DNA from: a virus | Direction: 5' to 3' (one strand) | Virus record (IMG/VR): IMGVR_UViG_3300032288_002265 | Span: 1-64,000 of that record | Length of the DNA stretch: 64,000 nt | Shown: positions 44,227 to 50,883 of the stretch, piece after piece | How positions within the stretch are numbered: position 1 is the first letter of the stretch | Layout of the letters: every line of letters starts with the position of its first letter | The notes under the pieces: model-generated | Told to the model about the DNA's origin: nothing | Databases searched by the model: none | Seen by the model: only the letters and a program-made list of their open reading frames with translations | Program-made: the position numbers and the translations under genes

Positions 44227-44984
44227 AGCGAGTGTCTCCAGTCGGTTGGATCATTACGCCACTCTTGGCCTGGAGTAATAGGCGGTGGCGGAACCTTTTT
44301 ATCGTTGTCTGGATGAATGCCTGCCCAGTTATTGGCCATAGCACGCTCGATCGCTTTTGGTAATTCGCTGGGGCCGTATTCAGTTTCCCACTTCTTTAGT
44401 GCCGCTGTGAGTCCTGTGACCTTGTAGGACTGACCTTTCTCCTTCTTGTGCTTCAGCCACAGCTTCACTGCAGCAAGGCATTCGATCGTTCGTAGTGCTT
44501 CCGGAAGCTCAACTCCATGAGCAACGAACCAAGGCGAAGGAGGGAGCGAAGCGTCAGCGGAGCCCTGTTCCTTCTTCTCTATCTTCTCTATCTTCTCTTC
44601 TCTATCGGTTAGCCGGTCGGATACCGGAGGGTTAACCGGTCGGTTTCCCTTCGGTTTCTTACCACTCGGTCTACCGCCCTTTTTGCCGTTGTTCCATGCT
44701 GAAATCAGCGAGGCGTTGACCTCTGCCCACCCCCTGGCAACGACGGCATCTCCGTCCACTTCGAGGTATGTTTCGAGCATCGCATCCCACAGGGTTTGTG
44801 GGTCGGTTTCCCACCGGCAAACCGAGGCTAAAACGGTCGGTTTCCATCCGGTAAACCGGTCGGTTTTGCGAGCCTGGCAGTGAGCCCAGAGTCGGAGTAC
44901 GTAGATCGGTGCGACCTCAGTTCCGAGTAGGCGTACAAGAAGCCTGGTTTTCCAGTGATCTAAAAAGTCTGGTTCTACAATCAT
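44223..44984 (-). CDS. Replication initiator / replisome organiser
   Basis: Upstream of dnaB. N-terminal DFLDHWKT...LRLWAHC, NGKKGGRP linker, C-terminal WLKHKKEKG...AIERAMANNWAGI; contains internal iterons. Confidence 0.75.
   Translation of the reverse strand: MIVEPDFLDHWKTRLLVRLLGTEVAPIYVLRLWAHCQARKTDRFTGWKPTVLASVCRWETDPQTLWDAMLETYLEVDGDAVVARGWAEVNASLISAWNNGKKGGRPSGKKPKGNRPVNPPVSDRLTDREEKIEKIEKKEQGSADASLPPSPWFVAHGVELPEALRTIECLAAVKLWLKHKKEKGQSYKVTGLTAALKKWETEYGPSELPKAIERAMANNWAGIHPDNDKKVPPPPITPGQEWRNDPTDWRHSL
44607..44867. repeat. Iteron-like GGTCGGTTT repeats (putative origin)
   Basis: Copies starting at 44607, 44630, 44801, 44831 and 44850, inside the initiator gene. Confidence 0.6.
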
Positions 44985-45003
44985 TCCTCTCCTCCCCCTT
45001 TAT

Positions 45004-45038
45004 AAAAAGGGATCCACAGTATTAACTCCGTGGACCCC
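45004..45038 (-). terminator. Rho-independent terminator
   Basis: Minus strand GGGGUCCACGG-loop-CUGUGGAUCCC-UUUUU. Confidence 0.65.
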
Positions 45039-45051
45039 TATTGTATTACCA

Positions 45052-45588
45052 CTAGACTGACAGCGCCTGTCGCTCAGAGGCGAGGTCGCGGGTGTCGGCC
45101 TTGTGGTCCGAGTACTTCTCCGGGTATCGCACTCGCAGCTTTCGGATGTTGGCTGCAAGTACGTTCGTGAACTGGATACCAGAAATGTTGCAAATGCTAT
45201 TAACAAGCTCGAGCATGAGCTGGCAGGTCTGCAAGAAGGCCACTTTGTCGATCTGGCGACCGTAGAAGACGTTCTTCTTGGTCATGTCCAAAAGGTAGGA
45301 GGACTGCTCACAGAGGTTGCAGATGATAACTTCCCGGCCTAGGTGGTTAAAAGACCTGTTGCTGACCGGCTGGAAGTCGACCGGCTCAATGGTGTCCATC
45401 GCAATCGCGATGTACCAGCAGATGTCCCCGAGTTCCTCGGTGAGGTTGCTTTGGTCGGTGAACCCCATGAGCTCGACGGATTCCGTCATCGCGCCCATCG
45501 CGGCGTGCAGCAGTCGATTCTGCTCGCTGCAGGACGACCGAGGAGACTCGGTGCGAACCGCCAGCGGGATGTACTGATTAAACGTCAT
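45052..45588 (-). CDS. MazG-like nucleotide pyrophosphohydrolase
   Basis: LLHAAMGAMTESVEL, EELGDICWY and NIRKLRVRYP. Confidence 0.8.
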   Translation of the reverse strand: MTFNQYIPLAVRTESPRSSCSEQNRLLHAAMGAMTESVELMGFTDQSNLTEELGDICWYIAIAMDTIEPVDFQPVSNRSFNHLGREVIICNLCEQSSYLLDMTKKNVFYGRQIDKVAFLQTCQLMLELVNSICNISGIQFTNVLAANIRKLRVRYPEKYSDHKADTRDLASERQALSV

Positions 45589-45590
45589 AC

Positions 45591-46145
45591 TCAAAAAGGT
45601 ACATCGTCCGAACTGGCGTCGACTTCCTGCGTCACGGTGTTGCCGGACACGGTCCTCGTGCCGCCGGCCTGGACGCCGCTGGCAACCGGGGTCGCCTTGG
45701 CGATGGCCTTGGCCTTCGGACCGAGGCGTGATAGTAGGCTCGAGAGCTTCGAGGCCTCCATCGGCGCAGCGCCACCGCCGCCACCACCGGGAGGATTCAG
45801 CCACGCCACCTTGCACATGGCCTTGCCCTGGTAGGTCTCCATCTCGGTCTGGATGTTGCAGGGGCGACCGAGGAACGTGGTCTTGCCCGCGAACAGAGCG
45901 TTGAGGTCTCCGTCGAATCCGAACACCTCCTTGAGGCGGCGGATGGTGTTGTCGAACGCGCTGTCCGACAGCCACGCCCGATAGACGGCGATCTTGCCCT
46001 TGTCGACGCCCTCGGACACACGCACTGGGATGCGGATGAACGGGGTCTTTTTCTCTCCGCTCTCGCCGAACCATCCCGTTTCACCGGGGTCTTCGACGAT
46101 GCACTCGTAGGAACCTGCGTGTTCGATGTATTTGTTGCTGCTCAT
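45591..46145 (-). CDS. Single-stranded DNA-binding protein (DUF669-like)
   Basis: OB-like N-terminus, Gly-rich linker and acidic DDVPF tail; follows the AAA recombinase gene. Confidence 0.75.
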   Translation of the reverse strand: MSSNKYIEHAGSYECIVEDPGETGWFGESGEKKTPFIRIPVRVSEGVDKGKIAVYRAWLSDSAFDNTIRRLKEVFGFDGDLNALFAGKTTFLGRPCNIQTEMETYQGKAMCKVAWLNPPGGGGGGAAPMEASKLSSLLSRLGPKAKAIAKATPVASGVQAGGTRTVSGNTVTQEVDASSDDVPF

Positions 46146-46151
46146 GTTGGT

Positions 46152-47036
46152 TTACTGAAGGGTTTCGAGTTTCTGCACAGCGGCCTTGAGGCGGTCAGGA
46201 GGGAGCGTGCCGATCAGAGGCATGGTCTTCTCCCACTGAGCCTTGGCAGCGTCGCTGAGCTTGGCGGTGGCGTACAGCGCGGTGATGCGCTCGCGGAGGG
46301 CGGACGGGCTGTTGGCCTTGATCTCACCGGACAGGCTCTCCCAGTTGAGCGGGATGCTGTCTGGCAGGTTGAGACGGTTCTTCGCGTCCCACGCGGGGCT
46401 CCACTGGGTGTGCAGCACGCGGTCGCCGCCGATGGTCTTCTCTTTCATCGCGCCCTTCTCCTTGGTCTTGAAGACCTCGAAGACGGCGAACAGGCAGGCG
46501 TCGGGCCACTCGCGGAAGATGCCGGTGAACTTCTTGTTCCCCTTCATCTCGTAGCGATCCCACGAGTCGCCACGGGGATCCTGAAACGTGCGGATCTGGA
46601 CGTGCGACAGGATGATGATCCACAGGCGCTGGGCGTGGCGGATCTGGTCGAGCTTGGCGAGCACCGACACGAGCTCCTGCTCGGCGATGGTGTAGCCCTT
46701 CCCGTATCCGTAGTCCTCGATGTTGGCCTTGCCGTCCCGTTTGCAGATGCCGTCGTAGATCATCCGCTCGAGCCAGTCGGCGGTGTCGATGACCAGCGAC
46801 TTGTACTCGCCGGGGTTGGTCGCCAACTCATCGAGGAGGGCGTTGAGCTCCTGAAGGGAGCTTGGGGAGAATCGAGCGACGTGCTCGAGACCGGTCAGAC
46901 CGTCCTCGCTGCAAACGAACAGCGGGTTCGGAGCCTGGGATGCGATCGTCGACTTACCGATACCTTCGGGTCCGGCGATCAGGATGCGGGGAGGGAGCTC
47001 GGCGTCGCCGCGCTTCACTTTAGCTAGGATACTCAT
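46152..47036 (-). CDS. AAA_24 / Sak4-like ATPase
   Basis: GPEGIGKST, SLVIDTADWLE, GYGKGY, IILSH and AKNR. Confidence 0.85.
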   Translation of the reverse strand: MSILAKVKRGDAELPPRILIAGPEGIGKSTIASQAPNPLFVCSEDGLTGLEHVARFSPSSLQELNALLDELATNPGEYKSLVIDTADWLERMIYDGICKRDGKANIEDYGYGKGYTIAEQELVSVLAKLDQIRHAQRLWIIILSHVQIRTFQDPRGDSWDRYEMKGNKKFTGIFREWPDACLFAVFEVFKTKEKGAMKEKTIGGDRVLHTQWSPAWDAKNRLNLPDSIPLNWESLSGEIKANSPSALRERITALYATAKLSDAAKAQWEKTMPLIGTLPPDRLKAAVQKLETLQ

Positions 47037-47037
47037 T

Positions 47038-48105
47038 TCAGTTCTGTGTGTTTTTGAGGTGGTTGAAGTAGGCCTCAAGCCCGAGGTGAACCAACGTGCC
47101 CAGACGGAGAGCCTCGGACGCCTCATCGTCTTGGATTTTGCGGACCTGCTCTTCGTAGTGCAGGAAATGGTGGCGGGCGCATCGACGAAGCGACGACGAC
47201 CGCGAATTGGTCAGAAGCTGGCGTTCGCCGTCTGACTGGATCTTGAGCTCGTTGTGAGCGGACTTGGTCTTGGCAAACCGGATGCCATCGACCGAGGCGC
47301 GGCCCGAGCAGAGATCGAAGAACTCGCACGTGCGGTTGTAGGCGTTGCACGCATTCGGATTGCGCGGCCACAACTGCTGCTTGCGGAAGTAGAGGATCTG
47401 CTGGCTCAACTGCCAGGCGTCGCTCATGTACTCCAAGATGTCGGAGTCGAGGCGGGCGATCTCCTTCTGGGCATAGAAGTTGAACGGGTTCTCGCGCAGG
47501 ACTCCCAGCACGCGGGTCTCGAACTCCTCCGGGGTCTCCGGTCGAGTCTGGACGACGTAGCCGGCCTCGGTGTCACCGGTCTCGCGCCACTTCTTGCCGT
47601 CCTTCGTCCGCACACGGTTGCCGTTCGCATCGAGTACGATCTTGGAGCCGGCCTCGTCACGCAGCGGGATCTGCGCCTGGCGTTGACCAGGCTTGCCCAT
47701 CACGTCGTAGATGACGCCACCCACGTCCTGGCCGGTCTGCAACGCGCCCAGGAAGTACTTCGAGACCTGCGTGTCCATGCGAAGCCGGTCCCAGTAGTTG
47801 GACTCCGGAGCCACGTCATCGCTGGTGGTCTTGTGCTCAAGGACGATCAGCTTGCCGTCGGAGCGACGACGAAGCAGGGCGTCCATCTTGCCGGCCTCAG
47901 AGAACGAGCGGCTCGTGCCTTCGGTCTCCGGGTTCAGCAGCGGGAACGCGAACTCGCGCTCTACGTCGACGACCTGGTAGGCGCTCCAGTTGTTGCACCA
48001 CACCGCGTCGTAGACGGTGACCATCGCTCGGGCCTTGGCGACCGAGAACAGATCGTCACTCTTGATTGCGGTCAGTGCGACCGCCAGTTCCTCTCTCATG
48101 CTCAT
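47038..48105 (-). CDS. PD-(D/E)XK (Cas4/AddB-like) exonuclease, circularly permuted
   Basis: VEREF, GKMD, EHKT, QVSKY and C-x6-C-x5-C; the usual N-terminal motif sits at the C-terminus. Confidence 0.85.
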   Translation of the reverse strand: MSMREELAVALTAIKSDDLFSVAKARAMVTVYDAVWCNNWSAYQVVDVEREFAFPLLNPETEGTSRSFSEAGKMDALLRRRSDGKLIVLEHKTTSDDVAPESNYWDRLRMDTQVSKYFLGALQTGQDVGGVIYDVMGKPGQRQAQIPLRDEAGSKIVLDANGNRVRTKDGKKWRETGDTEAGYVVQTRPETPEEFETRVLGVLRENPFNFYAQKEIARLDSDILEYMSDAWQLSQQILYFRKQQLWPRNPNACNAYNRTCEFFDLCSGRASVDGIRFAKTKSAHNELKIQSDGERQLLTNSRSSSLRRCARHHFLHYEEQVRKIQDDEASEALRLGTLVHLGLEAYFNHLKNTQN

Positions 48106-48455
48106 GGTAGTATTTCGATTACCGTTTCTTCTTGGTCTTTTTTGCTGACCTTTTCTTGTCGAATTTCGAGCTCGATAAGGTCTGGAGAATCATCCCGCAG
48201 TACGCCCCCATATCGAAGGAGGTCGATGACGTACTTGGGGCAGACGTTGTCGGGGTCGAGGAGCCGGCAGCGCCTGCTCGTAACCACGACTCGAATGCGC
48301 GTTTTGCCTCCTTCTTTTCTCGGTGCCGCTGCCAGTGGTTCATTCCAAACAGCCGGTTGAGGCTGGGCAGTCGGTACTTGAGTGTGATCCTGAGTCCCCC
48401 TGGTGGAATGCCGTTGAAGGAACTCGGCGAGTTGCTCTTCATTCCAGCGGGGCAT
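48102..48455 (-). CDS. RusA-like resolvase, catalytic half (frame B)
   Basis: RLLDPDN...K...IDLL...GVLRDDS; its stop overlaps the nuclease ATG. Confidence 0.75.
   Translation of the reverse strand: MPRWNEEQLAEFLQRHSTRGTQDHTQVPTAQPQPAVWNEPLAAAPRKEGGKTRIRVVVTSRRCRLLDPDNVCPKYVIDLLRYGGVLRDDSPDLIELEIRQEKVSKKDQEETVIEILP
48119..48442 (-). CDS. Nested ORF carrying the RusA-like N-terminal half (frame A)
   Basis: ITLKYRLPSLNRLFGMNHWQRHREKKEAK; its ATG overlaps the upstream stop (ATGA). Confidence 0.55.
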   Translation of the reverse strand: MKSNSPSSFNGIPPGGLRITLKYRLPSLNRLFGMNHWQRHREKKEAKRAFESWLRAGAAGSSTPTTSAPSTSSTSFDMGAYCGMILQTLSSSKFDKKRSAKKTKKKR

Positions 48456-48642
48456 TGGTGAGTTTGGATAGGACGCTCGGCCAGTGGAATCTGAGGTCTC
48501 GGTTGTTGAGCCTGACAACAGGTATCTTACCCAAGGCTGCGTACTTCCTGACACGTCTCGCGCTGTATCCGATCTTCTCAGAAAGCTCGGATACCGTAAT
48601 CAACCTTTCGGAATCCAGTGGATGTTCAGAGGTTTTTTTCAT
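48439..48642 (-). CDS. Excisionase-like winged-HTH protein
   Basis: LITVSELSEKIGYSARRVRKYAALGKIPVVRL...LRF. Confidence 0.75.
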   Translation of the reverse strand: MKKTSEHPLDSERLITVSELSEKIGYSARRVRKYAALGKIPVVRLNNRDLRFHWPSVLSKLTNAPLE

Positions 48643-48652
48643 GCAGCAAATA

Positions 48653-48696
48653 TGCACTCAATGTGCTCTCAAGCTGCACTCAAGGTGCGTTCAGGG
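48653..48696. repeat. 4 x 11-bp tandem repeat (TGCACTCAAGG-like), putative operator
   Basis: TGCACTCAATG / TGCTCTCAAGC / TGCACTCAAGG / TGCGTTCAGGG directly upstream of the Xis-like gene. Confidence 0.75.
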
Positions 48697-48721
48697 TCAA
48701 ATGAAATTTCAAAAAAAAAGA

Positions 48722-50269
48722 TTACGCCGCGTGGATTGCTGAAACCGGTGCCGATCCAAAATCGGTCGATTTTCCGCCCGAAAGCTCGTGTCGAAGCATT
48801 GGATACGTCATCGCATCAAAAACGTGGATGAGGCCACGCGCAGTCTTCTTCGGCTTGAGAGGCTCGTCCTTGCGCCCCTCGAGCATTAGGAGCGTCTCCT
48901 GAGCCCACGGGCACTGGGCTGACACCAAAATCGTGTCCTGGTGCAGCTTGCTCTGCATCATGCGAACGCGGGCCTCGATCGATCCCGCGCCCTTCGGACA
49001 GCCGATCATCTTCATCTGAGGCAGATGGTGGAGCAGGCCGGCGCGGTTGAACTCCTTCTCGAAGTCCCAGGCGTCGTAGCTGCCACCGCCGCCAGGACGC
49101 CACTGGTTCACCGCGCTGTCGTCGGCGATGTGCTCCCAGGCCATCTTCCGACCGACGGCCTTGTTCCAGGCCAGGATCCGATCGACGATCTCGTTGGCCA
49201 TGTTCTTGTAGAGGATCTTCTCGTTCAGGTGGCAGATCTCGTCGAACACGATCCAGATCGGCTCATTCTCGAGTGGAACCAACTGCATGAACACGGCGGT
49301 CGAGTACACCTGGCCAAGGTCGTAGCCGATCGCACACGGAGCCCAGGGCACCGGAGTTAGTCCGGTTCCGAGCCTGAGGTCTCCGACGATGTGTCGCTCT
49401 GCGGAGTAGTGCTGCTTGAAAAGGGCTTCTCCTGTGGGTCTTTCGATCCACTTGCCTTCGATGAGGCGAGCCCTTTCGATCGGGTCTCCCTTGACAGCCC
49501 TTTCGAGTGTTTCCAGGTAGCTGGCCATCTCGGGCCGATGCGCGTTTTCTCGGAATGGGACATGGTAGACTGAGAAACTCTTGTCTCGTTCTCCGGTTTC
49601 GTGGTTGAAGGGCTCCTCAAAGAACACCTGGTACACCCAGTTGCTCGGACCCTTGGGATTGCAGGTCGCCACGTACTGCTGCGGGCCTTGGATGTGGCGG
49701 CGTCGGTTCAGCTGCGCGGCGATCAGGGTGAAGTAGTCACGCCCCTCACAGTCGGTCAACTCGTCGGGCAGGATGAACGACGGGTGAATACCCTTGATGC
49801 GTCCAGCGATCGCCTCGGCGTACGGAATGGCGATCTGGAGGATCGTCGACCATCCACCGTGCCGGTTACCCACCTTAAGGATTCGGTCCTTTGTGTTCGG
49901 GTCCAGCTTCGAGGGGATCCACTCCATTCCGATACCTTCCTCCCAGGCTGGCAGGATCAGTGTCTCCAGGTCATGGATCACACCGAACTTACCGGTACGG
50001 ATGGATGGGGTGACGATCAGACCGAGGGCATCCCAGTTCTCGTAGACGTGCCGCACCATCTTGTGCTCGGCACCGATGGACTTGCCTGAGCCCTTCTCGC
50101 CGTAGGCCAGAATGAACGGCGCGGCGTCGTTGAAGATCTTCAACTGTGTCGGGTTGAGATCAGGCATCCACACCTTGGTGGAGGCGGGGCGGGGCTTGTG
50201 GTCTGGATTAAAGTCCAGCTCCAGCGAGGCAAGGGCCTCCAGTTCTTCGTCGCTTGTCCTAGACGGCAT
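48722..50269 (-). CDS. terL: Terminase large subunit
   Basis: YGEKGSGKS (Walker A), PDELTD (Walker B), ATCNP, and nuclease motifs GYDLG and HVFDAMTY. Confidence 0.9.
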   Translation of the reverse strand: MPSRTSDEELEALASLELDFNPDHKPRPASTKVWMPDLNPTQLKIFNDAAPFILAYGEKGSGKSIGAEHKMVRHVYENWDALGLIVTPSIRTGKFGVIHDLETLILPAWEEGIGMEWIPSKLDPNTKDRILKVGNRHGGWSTILQIAIPYAEAIAGRIKGIHPSFILPDELTDCEGRDYFTLIAAQLNRRRHIQGPQQYVATCNPKGPSNWVYQVFFEEPFNHETGERDKSFSVYHVPFRENAHRPEMASYLETLERAVKGDPIERARLIEGKWIERPTGEALFKQHYSAERHIVGDLRLGTGLTPVPWAPCAIGYDLGQVYSTAVFMQLVPLENEPIWIVFDEICHLNEKILYKNMANEIVDRILAWNKAVGRKMAWEHIADDSAVNQWRPGGGGSYDAWDFEKEFNRAGLLHHLPQMKMIGCPKGAGSIEARVRMMQSKLHQDTILVSAQCPWAQETLLMLEGRKDEPLKPKKTARGLIHVFDAMTYPMLRHELSGGKSTDFGSAPVSAIHAA

Positions 50270-50285
50270 CGTTGACTCTCCTGTT

Positions 50286-50312
50286 CAGTTACCTTATTCC
50301 AAGGCCAACAGA
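50286..50312. promoter_or_regulatory. Back-to-back late-promoter-like motifs
   Basis: AAGGTAACTG on - towards terL and AAGGCCAACAGA on + towards the head genes. Confidence 0.5.
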
Positions 50313-50335
50313 TCAAGCAAGGAGCCAGGAAAAAT

Positions 50336-50614
50336 ATGAGCCCCAATAAAATGGTCATTTCCCTTGAGGGGAACGACGAACTCAAGGAGTACCTCTCGAA
50401 GAAATCGCCTGGTGATACCTGCGAGTTCGAGGTCACCGCGTCGATGGACGAGATGACTCCCGATCAAGCCACCTTCTCCGTGAAGAGCGCCGAAGCCTAC
50501 TCCGACGAGGAAGAGGCTCCCATGACTGAGGAGGCTTACACGGGGGAAGGCGAAGCGGCCGTACCAGAAAAGGGACCGGCCGCAGTGATGATCGCCTTCG
50601 GAAAAAAGAAGTAG
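50336..50614 (+). CDS. Acidic 92-aa protein ending in a slippery site
   Basis: AGGA SD; ends GGA AAA AAG AAG TAG. Confidence 0.7.
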   Translation: MSPNKMVISLEGNDELKEYLSKKSPGDTCEFEVTASMDEMTPDQATFSVKSAEAYSDEEEAPMTEEAYTGEGEAAVPEKGPAAVMIAFGKKK

Positions 50615-50883
50615 GCCACCCCCAGGAAACCGACAACCCACTTACCTACCGTGCGGTAAAGCGATATCAACAAATTGGGGTATGGGACGGATGGGGCATC
50701 GAGCGTTTCAAGAAGGCGTGCCGCTTGCTCGGCGAGACGCCAGAGGAGCTCGCCGTCTCATGCGCTATTACCATCCGTCAGCTTCGTCTCTGGATGAAGC
50801 AGGGATTGTTCCCAGGTCACGCTGCACTGCTGTTTCACCTGCGTGAGCAGGATTGGTTTCGAGCCCAAGGACTCAAGAAATAA
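50602..50883 (+). CDS. Start-less -1 frame extension with an HTH-like domain
   Basis: Open to TAA at 50881-50883; FKKACRLLGETPEELAVSCAITIRQLRLWMKQG; no upstream ATG or GTG in frame. Confidence 0.55.
   Translation, partial: KKEVGHPQETDNPLTYRAVKRYQQIGVWDGWGIERFKKACRLLGETPEELAVSCAITIRQLRLWMKQGLFPGHAALLFHLREQDWFRAQGLKK

Noticed and set aside
47038-48105. Calling the nuclease a CRISPR Cas4
   Set aside because: No cas1, cas2 or array is present; the context (Sak4-like ATPase, SSB, RusA) indicates a recombination exonuclease.
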